Virus record (IMG/VR): IMGVR_UViG_3300010376_000007
Location: 1 to 63,879 of that record
Direction: 5' to 3' (one strand)
From: a virus
Taxonomy: Duplodnaviria > Caudoviricetes
DNA: 63,879 bases
Below the pieces are notes generated by a model, which was not told the origin of the DNA, made no database searches, and was given only the letters and a program-made list of their open reading frames with translations. Of this stretch, positions 27,084-36,782 are shown in pieces. Numbering within the stretch: position 1 is the stretch's first letter; every line of letters starts with the position of its first letter. The translations under genes were made by a program, and so were the position numbers.

Positions 27084-28505
27084 ATGGCCGTATCGTTTCA
27101 CCCGTATCAGACCGAGGGAATTGTGCAAGCGTATCACGCGATGCAGGATCCCGAGGCGAGGGGCGGATTCTACCTCCAGTGGAAGCCTGGCATGGGCAAG
27201 ACGCTGGGTGCAATCGCCCTGCATCGTGCTCTGAAATCAGAGCGCACCCTGATCGTCTGCCCCGTCGTCGCACAGGGGGTGTGGCGCAGGGAGTTTGCCA
27301 AGTGGCTGCCAGCCGCCCGGGTTGGCGACCTCGACGACGGGGCTCAGGTGGTGATCACCACCTACGACAAGCTCAAGGACCCCAAGGCGTCGAACATCCT
27401 GCACCAGCGCAGGACGGGCGCGGGTCGGCTGCATCGGCTGCAAGCCTGGTCACCGACGCTGCTGATCCTCGACGAGGCGCAGTACATCAAGAGCCCGTCG
27501 GCAGCCAGGACGCGGGCCATGTGGAAGATGGCGGCGGCGAGCACCTTCAAGCTGTTGCTCTCCGGTACGCCCGCCCATTCGCCGCTCGACTGGTGGGCGC
27601 AGTTCCGCGTCGTGGCGCCTCACGAGCCGGCGTTCCGCCAGACGTATCAGGAGTTCAAGCAGTCGACCATGGTGCTGCAGCAGGGACCCAACGGAGCCTA
27701 TCCGCTGCGCGGCAAGGGCGGCGCGTATCTGACTCAGAAGGACGGCTGGGAGAAGGTCGTCAAGGCCATGGCGCCGTACGTCCACGCCGTCTCGAAGGAT
27801 GTGCTGGGCCTGCCGGAGCCCATCGTCACCGAGGTGCCTATCGAACTGAGCCCGAAGGAGCGCAAGGCGTACGTCCAGATGGAGACGATGCTCAGGACGG
27901 AACTGCCTGACCTGACCGAGGCCAACGCCAACATCGTGCTCACGCAAATTATGAGACTGACTCAGATAGCAGCAGGCCATGTTACGAACGAAAACGGAGA
28001 TTCCATTGTCGTGGGGGAGAGCAAAGTCCAGGCGGCAATGGAGCTTCTGTCTGAACGGGAAGATGAGAAGGTTGTCATCGCTTGCCGGTTCAGGCAAGAC
28101 ATCCGCAGTCTCTCCGAGGCTCTGACCAAGGCCGGTCGTCCTTTCAGGGTCATCGACGGCAGCACGAACGCCGGTGCCCGAACGAAGGCAGAAGACTGGT
28201 TCCAGACCGAAGAGCACGCGGGTGTAATGCTGCTCAACTGGCAGTCTGGAGGCGTCGCTATCACGCTCTCCAAAGCCCAGTCCATGATCGTCTACACCCT
28301 TACCCCGTCAGTCATTGCATGGGAGCAGGGTATAGCCCGAGTCCACCGGATAGGGACTACCACGAATGTTCAGATCCTCTACTTGATTGCGGAAAATACT
28401 CAGGATGAGATCATGTTGCCCGCTCTCCAACGAGGAGCGTCAGCAGTCGATATGTGCCGGCTACTGCTGAAGTATTTGCAACGCATTGATGGAGCGGCGA
28501 AGTGA
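27084..28505 (+). CDS. SNF2-family (SF2) helicase
   Basis: PGMGKT, ILDEAQYIK, LLSGTP, QGIARVHRIG. Confidence 0.92.
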   Translation: MAVSFHPYQTEGIVQAYHAMQDPEARGGFYLQWKPGMGKTLGAIALHRALKSERTLIVCPVVAQGVWRREFAKWLPAARVGDLDDGAQVVITTYDKLKDPKASNILHQRRTGAGRLHRLQAWSPTLLILDEAQYIKSPSAARTRAMWKMAAASTFKLLLSGTPAHSPLDWWAQFRVVAPHEPAFRQTYQEFKQSTMVLQQGPNGAYPLRGKGGAYLTQKDGWEKVVKAMAPYVHAVSKDVLGLPEPIVTEVPIELSPKERKAYVQMETMLRTELPDLTEANANIVLTQIMRLTQIAAGHVTNENGDSIVVGESKVQAAMELLSEREDEKVVIACRFRQDIRSLSEALTKAGRPFRVIDGSTNAGARTKAEDWFQTEEHAGVMLLNWQSGGVAITLSKAQSMIVYTLTPSVIAWEQGIARVHRIGTTTNVQILYLIAENTQDEIMLPALQRGASAVDMCRLLLKYLQRIDGAAK

Positions 28506-28849
28506 AGAAGTGGACCGAGAACGAGCGCTTCGCCAGCCTCATCATGTGCGACCTCAGCACACGGTGCTGGCTGTGGATCGGTGCGAAGTACCGTGTAGGC
28601 AACTACTGGCACGCCAGCTTCTGGGCCAGCAAGCGCGGGGCAGTCAACGCGGCCAAGTTCTTCTGGGAACGAGCCCACGGTCGACCGATGAGGGAGGGCT
28701 ACGAGACGTGTCACGTCCGGTCCTGCTCAAGCTCGCTCTGTGTTCGGCCTGCTCACCTGTACGAAGGCACCCGCTCCGACAACATGCGGGACAGGCAAGC
28801 CACCGGCTACAGCCAGCCTCGTGATGCCGCCGGAAGGATGTGGATCTGA
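28502..28849 (+). CDS. HNH endonuclease
   Basis: CWLWIG, CH..SC...CVRPAHLYEGT.SDNM.D. Confidence 0.85.
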   Translation: MKKWTENERFASLIMCDLSTRCWLWIGAKYRVGNYWHASFWASKRGAVNAAKFFWERAHGRPMREGYETCHVRSCSSSLCVRPAHLYEGTRSDNMRDRQATGYSQPRDAAGRMWI

Positions 28850-29904
28850 TGGCCACCTACCTCGACGCGCTGACGTTCAGGGAGATGTTCGGGCGGCAGC
28901 TACGCCGCCCCGACCGGGGTCAGGCCCAGGCGTACATCGTGGCCCCGCTCGACAACGACATGACCCGCAGCGCTCAGGGCCGGATGATCGAGATGGTGCG
29001 CCAGAGCCTGATCCGGTGCGTCGACTACGGCGAGGTCTACTACGTGACGCGCGAGATGGTCGAGCACATGTTGAGCTTGATCGACCAGCACCTGCAGGGC
29101 GAGCGTATCTTCCACCTGAGCCAGGGCCAGATGCCCAGCCTGACCGGGTTCGTGTACTTCGACGGGCCGATCCCGATCCCCACCGTGTACTCGCCCACCG
29201 GCTACCAGAACCTGCGCGCCGTGCTGTGGGACCAGTACGCCATCGTCCGCGACGAGCCAGGCAAGAAGTCACCGGTCTACTACGGTGGCGCCGAGGTCGA
29301 GCAGCATCGGGACCCGGAGGTCATCGGCAAGATCCTGTACAGCGTGACCGATTCGCCCAACCCAGCCCAGCGCGAGATGTATGGGCCGTGGAAGATGCGC
29401 CACTGGATCCCGGCGCAGTACGGGCAGCGGCTCGACGTGAGCATGGTCGAGAGCGGCTTCGAGCAGGCCAACCAGATGATCCGCAACGACAGCCGCTACC
29501 GCGACCTGGCGCTGTCGCCGGAGCATATTGAGCAGGACAAGCTCGACACGCGCACCGCGCTGGACACGCTGTTCAAGCTGATCAGGGTCTGGACACGCGT
29601 CATCCAGCAGGAGATCCCAGTGCGCCACCCCCGACCGTCCAGCTACGACAAGGTGATGCACAAGGAGGGCAGACCCCCGGCCGACGTACAGGTGACCCAC
29701 CTCCGCCGCTACGAGAACAAGCCGCCGACGGGTCTGGTCGAGGTCGACTGGGCCTACCGCTGGAAGGTCAAGGGCCACCACCGCTGGCAGCGCGTCGGGC
29801 CAGGCAGGGCGTTCCTGCGCCAGGTGTGGGTCAGGGAGCACGTCAAGGGACCCGCTGACAAGCCGCTGGTCGAGCGGGATAAGCTGACCGCGTTAGACCG
29901 ATGA
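28849..29904 (+). CDS. Conserved phage hypothetical protein
   Basis: C-terminal RWKVKGHHRWQRVGPGR...WVREHVKGP motif recalled from other phage proteins. Confidence 0.75.
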   Translation: MATYLDALTFREMFGRQLRRPDRGQAQAYIVAPLDNDMTRSAQGRMIEMVRQSLIRCVDYGEVYYVTREMVEHMLSLIDQHLQGERIFHLSQGQMPSLTGFVYFDGPIPIPTVYSPTGYQNLRAVLWDQYAIVRDEPGKKSPVYYGGAEVEQHRDPEVIGKILYSVTDSPNPAQREMYGPWKMRHWIPAQYGQRLDVSMVESGFEQANQMIRNDSRYRDLALSPEHIEQDKLDTRTALDTLFKLIRVWTRVIQQEIPVRHPRPSSYDKVMHKEGRPPADVQVTHLRRYENKPPTGLVEVDWAYRWKVKGHHRWQRVGPGRAFLRQVWVREHVKGPADKPLVERDKLTALDR

Positions 29905-30005
29905 TGCCGACTTATAACGTGGATATCTTCAGCTTCGCCGCCGGGGTGCTGTTTGGCATTGTGCTGTTCATGGCCTGTGTCGGCATCCTGCGGAGCCTGC
30001 CCTGA
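29901..30005 (+). CDS. Small membrane peptide (34 aa)
   Basis: Coupled at both ends; single hydrophobic helix. Confidence 0.5.
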   Translation: MMPTYNVDIFSFAAGVLFGIVLFMACVGILRSLP

Positions 30006-32353
30006 TGCCCTTCGCTGAGCGCTGCGCCGAATGTCCTGCCGGCCCTGGCAACCGGGTCAGCGGGGAGTGGTGGGGCGACGTGGACTGGGACGGCCCCGCG
30101 TGTCTGGTGCTGGGCATCAACCCTGGCTATAACGAGGTGCAGGTTGGTCAGCCGTTCATTGGCGCCTCTGGCCAGTTGCTCAAGTCGGCGCTGGAGCAGG
30201 CCGGTGTCAAGCGCGCGTTTCTGACCAACACCTACCGCTGCGCGGGCGAGCCCGACATGAGCTTCGCCAGGCTGTGCAGGGACAAGCTGGAGGCAGAGAT
30301 CGAGCGTGTTCGACCGGCTTATATTCTGGCACTGGGCAACATCCCCGTGCAGCGACTGCTGGGAAGAGGAACCATCGGAGCAGTCGCCGGCAAAGAGATC
30401 TGGTCCGCCCGATACAACGCCTGGATCCTGCCAGCATTTCACCCCGCCGCTATTCTTCGCAATCGCGGACGGGAGAATGCTTGGCGTGCCGACATCCATC
30501 GCTTCGGACGGCTCGTTCGAGGAGAACTGGAACCACCCCCCGCTACACCTCCGGTACGTGTCGATCTGGTGGGCTCAGGGAGCGGCCTGCGGGTACTCGA
30601 CCAGGCTCTTCGAGTAGAGCCCGGCTGGACGTACGACTTCGAGACCAACATCCTGCCGTGGTGGCACGTCGGCTTCCGGATCTACTCGGTGGCGTTTTCG
30701 TTCACGGGCCAGGAAGCGTACTGCCTGCCCATCGCCCACCCCGAGTGCGACGCGGCCTGGACGGCAGCCGTGCTCAAGTGGATGGCGCGCATCCGCCCGG
30801 TGATGACCGACACGCAGACCTCTCGCACGGTCCACAACGGCGTCTTCGACGATCTGGTGTGGTACCGGGCTGCGGGCTACCTGCCCAGGCCGACGTTCGA
30901 CACGATGATCGCGCTGCAGTTGCTCGACGAGAACGCGCCCAAGTCGCTCAAGTGGGCCGGTAGAGCACATCTGGGGTGGCCCGACTGGGACATCGACGCC
31001 AGGAAGTACCACCCGCTGGCCGATCTATACCCGTACAACGGCTACGACGCGGCGGCGACGCTGCTGCTACGCGAGAAGCTGCTCGACCGTCTCCGGGAGG
31101 AGCCGCTGGTGCTGCGCTACATGGCCCTGCTGGAGATGCCGAAGCTCCGGTCCCTGGAGCGCCTGATCGCCAGGGGCATCTACGTCAACCGGAGCAGGGC
31201 GGCGAAACTGTACCGCCAGGCTCGCGGCGAGCAGCGCGCCGCCGACGCCCTGGTGCCGGTCACCAACCCTGCGAGTTCGCGCCAGGTGGCCGACTGGCTG
31301 TACTCCCAGCAGGGGCTACCGGTCATCAAAAACGGGAAGCAGCACCCGTCGACAGACGAGGCAACTATAAAGACGCTCGCACAGCAGTTTCCTGAGGCCC
31401 GCCGGATTCTCGATTGTCGCCGGCCACGGAAAAAGATAAGCACATACTTTCGACCCATAAATCATGCAACCAAGCAGTCGTTCGACGGTCGGTTCCACCC
31501 CGAGATGCGGACAACCAGCGTTGAGACAGGCCGTCTTGCGGGTTTCTTCCATACGACCCCCCGAGATACCAGCGTACGCCCTGTTTTCTCGGCTCCACCA
31601 GGCATGGTGCTGATCCAGGCCGACTACCGGCAGATCGAGGCCAGAATCTGTGCCTGGATGGCCGCTGGGCGCCCCGAGACGTGGGACGGCGTCAACCCGC
31701 TGACGATGCTGTGGGCCTTCCACGAGGGCCAGGACATCTACGTCGACTTTGCATCCCGGGCACTCAGGAAATCTGAGTCGAGCATCACCAAGGAGGAGCG
31801 TCAGATCCTGGGCAAGGTGCCGGTGCTGGCGCAGCTTTACGGCATCAGCCCCGAGGGGCTCAGGGAGTACGCCTGGAAGACGTTCGAGATCAACTGGACC
31901 CCGCAGCAGGCCCAGGCGCTCTGGCTGCTGTTCCGGCAACGCTATCCCGAGTTCCCGCAGTGGCATCGTTTAGCCGAGGCGAAACTGATGCGGCGCGGCT
32001 ACGCCCAGACGCCCATCGGCCGCATTCGGAGGCTGCCAGACGCGGTGTACGGCCAGCGCGACGCGATTCGGAGCGGCATCAACGCCGAACCGCAGTCGCT
32101 CGCCTCCGACATCACCCAGCAGGCGCTGATTCTGCTCGATTCAGCCGGCGCCAGGATCGTCGGAGACATTCACGACGCGCTGCTCTTCGAGATCAGGGAG
32201 GATCGAGCCGCCGGCGCGTGCAGGCTCATCAGGCAGGGCATGCTCAAGGCCCCGGTCGAGCTTCAGAAGCTGGGGTTGTGGCTTCCCGAGGGGCTGATCG
32301 ACGTTGAGATCACGGCTGGGCCGTGGGGTCTGGGCAAGACCGTGCCCGACTGA
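30005..32353 (+). CDS. Family A DNA polymerase with N-terminal uracil-DNA-glycosylase-like and 3'-5' exonuclease domains
   Basis: UDG: CAEC, GINPG, TNTYRC, FHPAA; Exo: YDFET, HNGVFD, YNGYD; Pol: ADYRQIEAR, K....AQLYG, IHDALL. Confidence 0.92.
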   Translation: MPFAERCAECPAGPGNRVSGEWWGDVDWDGPACLVLGINPGYNEVQVGQPFIGASGQLLKSALEQAGVKRAFLTNTYRCAGEPDMSFARLCRDKLEAEIERVRPAYILALGNIPVQRLLGRGTIGAVAGKEIWSARYNAWILPAFHPAAILRNRGRENAWRADIHRFGRLVRGELEPPPATPPVRVDLVGSGSGLRVLDQALRVEPGWTYDFETNILPWWHVGFRIYSVAFSFTGQEAYCLPIAHPECDAAWTAAVLKWMARIRPVMTDTQTSRTVHNGVFDDLVWYRAAGYLPRPTFDTMIALQLLDENAPKSLKWAGRAHLGWPDWDIDARKYHPLADLYPYNGYDAAATLLLREKLLDRLREEPLVLRYMALLEMPKLRSLERLIARGIYVNRSRAAKLYRQARGEQRAADALVPVTNPASSRQVADWLYSQQGLPVIKNGKQHPSTDEATIKTLAQQFPEARRILDCRRPRKKISTYFRPINHATKQSFDGRFHPEMRTTSVETGRLAGFFHTTPRDTSVRPVFSAPPGMVLIQADYRQIEARICAWMAAGRPETWDGVNPLTMLWAFHEGQDIYVDFASRALRKSESSITKEERQILGKVPVLAQLYGISPEGLREYAWKTFEINWTPQQAQALWLLFRQRYPEFPQWHRLAEAKLMRRGYAQTPIGRIRRLPDAVYGQRDAIRSGINAEPQSLASDITQQALILLDSAGARIVGDIHDALLFEIREDRAAGACRLIRQGMLKAPVELQKLGLWLPEGLIDVEITAGPWGLGKTVPD

Positions 32354-32365
32354 GGAATTGCACAC

Positions 32366-32395
32366 TTGACAAACTGATTTCGGTTGGTTTACAGT
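32366..32395 (+). promoter_or_regulatory. Sigma70/SigA-type promoter
   Basis: TTGACA-N18-TACAGT. Confidence 0.8.
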
Positions 32396-32453
32396 TCACA
32401 TCGCCGTTTGTTGTTGATGTTGTTGTTGTGACAGCGGCAGAAAGGAAGAGCGT

Positions 32454-33455
32454 ATGGAGATTTCTCTCTCCACGACGGGATTCAATGACGCTGCCCGTTG
32501 TCTGAAGCGTTATGAGTATCGCTGGATCGACCGGCTGGTGCTCAAACCGAAGGATGTGCGCCCCGCGATGCGTCGCGGCACGTGGATCCATCGGACACTG
32601 CAACTCCTCGACGAGGGCGCCCCGTGGCGCGGCGAACTGGTCAACATGGCCCGCTGGGCCATCGACAACGAGGTCGACCCGGAACAGGTCAGGAGCCTTG
32701 TGACCGAAGTCACCGAACTGGTCGAGGATTACGTCGCCTACTGGGACGGACACACCGATCCGCCTGGCCCGTACACCACCGAGGCGACCGAGATCGAGCT
32801 TTGCTGGGAGCCCAAGCCCGGCATCGTGCTGACCTCGACGCTGGACTGCCTGAAGCGCGACCGCAACGGCCGCTTGTGGATCTGGGAGCGCAAAAGCACC
32901 ACAGAGATCCCGGATAGCGACTGGCGCGGCGTCGACCCGCAGACGATGATCCAGTATCTGTGCGCCAGGGCACAGGGGTGTGACGTGGCCGGCATTATGT
33001 TCGACTACGTGCTGACCAGGGAAGCCCGCTCGCCGCGCGTCACGCAGAAGGGCCTGCTGCACCGCTCCGACGAGGACATGGCCACGCGGGGCCGCTACTG
33101 GGCCGAGACGGAGCGCCAGCTACGCGCCGCTGGCCAGGGCGAGACGTACATCAACGAGATGCGGCAGCGCATCGTCTCGGACGCGCAGTGGTTCCAGCGC
33201 TACCCGACGTTTCGGCCTGACGAGCAGGCCCGGATGACGCTGAACGACATCGCCGCCGTGTTGCGTTCGATTGCGGGAGCCAGGGAGAAGAGCTACTACC
33301 CCCGGTCCATCTCGATCCTCGACTGCCGTATGTTCTGCCCCTACGGCAAGCTGTGCATGCACGAGTACCTGCTGGGGCGCCGATCCGAAGCCTATCGGGA
33401 GGAGTACACCACGGCTCTCACCGACGATGTCCGCTCTGAAGGGAGAACCGGGTGA
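32454..33455 (+). CDS. PD-(D/E)XK exonuclease (Cas4/RecB-like) with Fe-S-type cysteines
   Basis: N-terminal C, RGTWIH, TLDCL, IWERKS, QTMIQY, CRMFCPYGKLC. Confidence 0.85.
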   Translation: MEISLSTTGFNDAARCLKRYEYRWIDRLVLKPKDVRPAMRRGTWIHRTLQLLDEGAPWRGELVNMARWAIDNEVDPEQVRSLVTEVTELVEDYVAYWDGHTDPPGPYTTEATEIELCWEPKPGIVLTSTLDCLKRDRNGRLWIWERKSTTEIPDSDWRGVDPQTMIQYLCARAQGCDVAGIMFDYVLTREARSPRVTQKGLLHRSDEDMATRGRYWAETERQLRAAGQGETYINEMRQRIVSDAQWFQRYPTFRPDEQARMTLNDIAAVLRSIAGAREKSYYPRSISILDCRMFCPYGKLCMHEYLLGRRSEAYREEYTTALTDDVRSEGRTG

Positions 33456-34183
33456 ACCCACACAAGTTTCAGCCTATGCCGTCGCTCAGCGACGAAGAGT
33501 ACGCGGCACTCAAGGAAGACATCCGCATCAACGGCCAGCAGATCCCCATCCTGATCGACGAGGACAACAACATCCTCGACGGCCACAACCGCTGGGAGAT
33601 CTGCCAGGAACTGGGTATCGAGCCCATCGTCGAGGTCAAGGAGGGCCTGGCAGACGACGAGGCCAAGTGGAACTACGCACTGCGGCTGAATAACACCCGG
33701 CGCCACATGACGCTGGAGCAGAAGCAGACGCTAGTCAGATCGGAGCTACGCCGCAACCCCAACCGGACCGATGCCGCCATCGCTCGCTCGCTGGGCGTCA
33801 GCGGCACGATGGTCGGGCGCTATCGCCGCGAGATGCAGGAGGAAGCCGAGCGGGAAACCTGGGATCCCAGGTACCGGGCTGCCATAGAGGAGATCGTCGA
33901 GTTGACTCGCCAGCAGGTTGATAGCTGGGCGCGGCTGGCCGACCTGATCGTCGAGATTGACCGGGACTGGGGCGACAACTTCGACGAGATGATCGAGCGG
34001 ATCGGGCTGGACGAGCACACCGCCGCTGAGATGTTCCACAACATCGAAACGTGGTCCTGGGATCGCTGGCCATCGCTGCAGCGCACCTTCCGCAAACTGG
34101 TGCCGTACCGCCAGCGGCTGACCCACGGCATCACGTTCACCGACGAGACCGGGTTCTCGGATCACCCATGGGCGGCTGACTGA
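33452..34183 (+). CDS. ParB/Srx-like N-terminal domain plus HTH
   Basis: LKEDIRINGQQIPI...ILDGHNR; TDAAIARSLGVSGTMVGRYR. Confidence 0.85.
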   Translation: MNPHKFQPMPSLSDEEYAALKEDIRINGQQIPILIDEDNNILDGHNRWEICQELGIEPIVEVKEGLADDEAKWNYALRLNNTRRHMTLEQKQTLVRSELRRNPNRTDAAIARSLGVSGTMVGRYRREMQEEAERETWDPRYRAAIEEIVELTRQQVDSWARLADLIVEIDRDWGDNFDEMIERIGLDEHTAAEMFHNIETWSWDRWPSLQRTFRKLVPYRQRLTHGITFTDETGFSDHPWAAD

Positions 34184-35013
34184 TGAGCATCGCTGATCTG
34201 TACGTCCCGCCGGACAAAATCGCTTCGCTGACCCACGTCAGGATGGGCATCTACGGCCCGAACGGCGCGGGCAAGACGACGCTGGCGAGCACCATCCCCG
34301 ACACGGAGCGGGTGCTGTTCGTCTCGGTCGACGACGAGAACATCCGCCCGGTGGCGCACTTGAAGCACTTCAGGGTGCTCAAGCTGCGCCGCTGGAACGA
34401 CATCCTGACCATCTACCAGGCACTGACCACGCCCGGCAATAAGATCACCACACTGGTGTGGGACACGTGGTCGCGCATTCAGGACCTGGCGGTCGGCAAG
34501 GTCACCGGCTACGAGCCTGCCGACGTGAACAAGCTGAGCCAGTACATCAACCAGATCCCGCGCTCGCCCAATGGTTGGGCGGGCTGGGGCCAGGTCGGCG
34601 CGCTGTGTTCCGAGTGGCAGCGCAACTTCAACATGCTACCGATGCACGTGCTGTACCTGCTGCAGGAGCAGGACCGGCGAGATCAGGACGACGTGAAGAC
34701 CGGGCCAAGACTGACCCCCGAAGCGTTGAAAGGGATTCGGGACTCGCTGGAACTGCTGGGCCGACTGTACGTCGACCTCGAAGCCCCCGGTACCAACGGC
34801 TCCGCTGGCGAGCCGCCGCCGATCAACCTGCTGGCCGCGCCGCAGACGGACAGGATCGACCCTAACGTCACGGAGATCCGGAGGCTGTTCATCGGCCAGC
34901 ACGAGCGCTATATCGCCAAGGGTCCGACTCGCATTCTTGGCCGGGTTATTACCGAACCTACGTGGGACAATATCGTGCTCCCGCTGATGGCACAGAACCA
35001 CACTAATGTTTGA
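34183..35013 (+). CDS. AAA_24/Sak4-like P-loop ATPase
   Basis: IYGPNGAGKTT, TLVWDTWS; sits between the exonuclease and SSB-like genes. Confidence 0.82.
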   Translation: MSIADLYVPPDKIASLTHVRMGIYGPNGAGKTTLASTIPDTERVLFVSVDDENIRPVAHLKHFRVLKLRRWNDILTIYQALTTPGNKITTLVWDTWSRIQDLAVGKVTGYEPADVNKLSQYINQIPRSPNGWAGWGQVGALCSEWQRNFNMLPMHVLYLLQEQDRRDQDDVKTGPRLTPEALKGIRDSLELLGRLYVDLEAPGTNGSAGEPPPINLLAAPQTDRIDPNVTEIRRLFIGQHERYIAKGPTRILGRVITEPTWDNIVLPLMAQNHTNV

Positions 35014-35188
35014 CAACATCGACCCAGTTCGTGTTACACTCACCGCACACTGGAAAAGTGGTAACTCAACGATGGACGCGACCGTAGCGTTCGCCGCCCC
35101 GTCCCTGGACGAGGCCCTGCGCAGGATCCGACAGGTCACCCCGCAGGCGCCGATGTTCCGAGACCCTGATCATCCTGAGGAGGAATAG
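35006..35188 (+). CDS. Small hypothetical protein
   Basis: Track ORF filling the operon gap. Confidence 0.45.
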   Translation: MFDNIDPVRVTLTAHWKSGNSTMDATVAFAAPSLDEALRRIRQVTPQAPMFRDPDHPEEE

Positions 35189-35190
35189 CG

Positions 35191-35796
35191 ATGCCGTTCA
35201 CGGCTTTTTCGTTCGATGACTCTGTTGGCCGCACCGAGCCCGGCCGTCCGCGCGTTCCAGAAGGCTACTACCTGATGGACTTCGAAGGCTTCGAACCCAC
35301 TCCCGAGGACTACGACAAGACCACGGGCATCTACGGCAAGTACGCCATTGTCTCCGGGCCTGACGCCAACCCGAGCATGGGCATCGGCGGGCGCATGCGC
35401 GACTTCAACGCGGTCGGCAAGCCCGATGCACAGTTTGGTCTGGGTCAGACGCTGGGCGCGCTGGGCCACGCCGAGATCGCCAAGGCGCTGGCCACGCAGA
35501 AGATGGTCATCGGCTCCTGGGGCCAGCTTTCCAACCTGTGCCAGAACATGACCCAGCGCGTGGGTAAGGTGCGCGTCGTGGCGCTCATCGCGGACCAGCC
35601 CGGCAACCAGGGACGCCCGTTCTCGGGCATCGAGTCCCTTCACCCGGCTTCCGAGTGGGAGACGTACAAGCGCGCCGCCGTCGTCGGCGCCGCCACGGTG
35701 GCCCAGCCGAATGCCAACGGCGCCCGTCCCGCCGGTCCTGCCGTCTCGCAGCAGACCGTCGACGACCTGTTCGCGGATCTGGACGCCAAACTCTAG
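35191..35796 (+). CDS. Phage ssDNA-binding protein-like (DUF669/gp2.5-like)
   Basis: VPEGYY N-terminus, acidic tail VDDLFADLDAKL, position after Sak4-like gene. Confidence 0.6.
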   Translation: MPFTAFSFDDSVGRTEPGRPRVPEGYYLMDFEGFEPTPEDYDKTTGIYGKYAIVSGPDANPSMGIGGRMRDFNAVGKPDAQFGLGQTLGALGHAEIAKALATQKMVIGSWGQLSNLCQNMTQRVGKVRVVALIADQPGNQGRPFSGIESLHPASEWETYKRAAVVGAATVAQPNANGARPAGPAVSQQTVDDLFADLDAKL

Positions 35797-36770
35797 TGGC
35801 TACGGCGGAGGCCACGCTCAGGGCAGCTATCCTGCGGGACCTCCGCCACCGCTACACCCGACGGCACGGCGTGATCGTCTTCGGACGGCCTGCCAGCGCC
35901 GCCACCGGCCCTGGCCACCCCGACCTGTTCGGGGTGGTGCGGGGTTTCTTTCTGGCCCTGGAGATCAAGACCCGCACCGGAAAACCCACGCCGCTGCAGG
36001 TTCAGCGCATTCAGGAGCTACGCGAAGCTGGAGCATACGCGTGGGTCGTTCGCAGCCCGGCAGAGGCCAGGGCTGCTATCACATGGATCCTTGAAGGAGG
36101 ACGCGCACCAATGTCCGAAGAACCGATTGACCTGAGCGCCTGGTTGAATGAGGCGCCGATGAGCGAGACGGAGCAGGGCGCGGCAGCCGCCGTGGCCAGC
36201 GTGACTGACGCCGACGTGGCCGCTGCCGAGCAGACGCTGCAGAACTCGGAGGCGGGCGGAGCCGAGGATCTCCTCGACACGTTTCCCGCCGCTCTCACTG
36301 CACCGGTGGAGAACGGTACCGCTGACTACACGCCCGAGCCCCTGCCGGACTTCGAGAACCTGGCACAACCCGCACCTGAGGTGAGCACGCTGCGCTCCGC
36401 CGACGACCCCGCCGTGAAGGCGGTGACCCGAGCGGAGAAGCTGGCCGATCTGGACGCCCGGGATGAGGCGCTGGACAAGTTCCTTCAGCCTGGCGAGCCC
36501 GAGCCTGGAGTGAACGCGCTGGGCGACGACCCCGCCGACGAGCCACACGATACGCGGGTCTTCCACAGCATGCTGCGCAACGACATCCGAGCGGTCGGGG
36601 ACCGGGTCACCATGGTCTACGAGACGATCAATCGCCTGGAGACCGACGTGGCCGCGTTCGCCAAGATGTTCCGGGCGCTGCTCAAGGCGCTGGAGGTCGA
36701 GGAGTCGGAGCTTCCCGAGATCCCGCCCGCCGAGCCCAAACGCCGTCGGCCTGCAAAAAAGGCGGAGTAG
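35796..36770 (+). CDS. VRR-NUC nuclease/resolvase in frame with an acidic protein that has its own start (36111)
   Basis: GHPDL...LEIKT..GKPTPLQ...AYAWVVRS; AAGGAGG before ATG 36111. Confidence 0.8.
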   Translation: MATAEATLRAAILRDLRHRYTRRHGVIVFGRPASAATGPGHPDLFGVVRGFFLALEIKTRTGKPTPLQVQRIQELREAGAYAWVVRSPAEARAAITWILEGGRAPMSEEPIDLSAWLNEAPMSETEQGAAAAVASVTDADVAAAEQTLQNSEAGGAEDLLDTFPAALTAPVENGTADYTPEPLPDFENLAQPAPEVSTLRSADDPAVKAVTRAEKLADLDARDEALDKFLQPGEPEPGVNALGDDPADEPHDTRVFHSMLRNDIRAVGDRVTMVYETINRLETDVAAFAKMFRALLKALEVEESELPEIPPAEPKRRRPAKKAE

Positions 36771-36782
36771 ACTCCAGGGGTT

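Noticed and set aside
30005-32353. Modified-base (Z or dU) genome system
   Set aside because: No purZ, dATPase or other nucleotide-modification genes were recognised
32454-33455. CRISPR-associated Cas4
   Set aside because: No cas genes or array; the context (Sak4-like, SSB-like) indicates a phage recombination exonuclease
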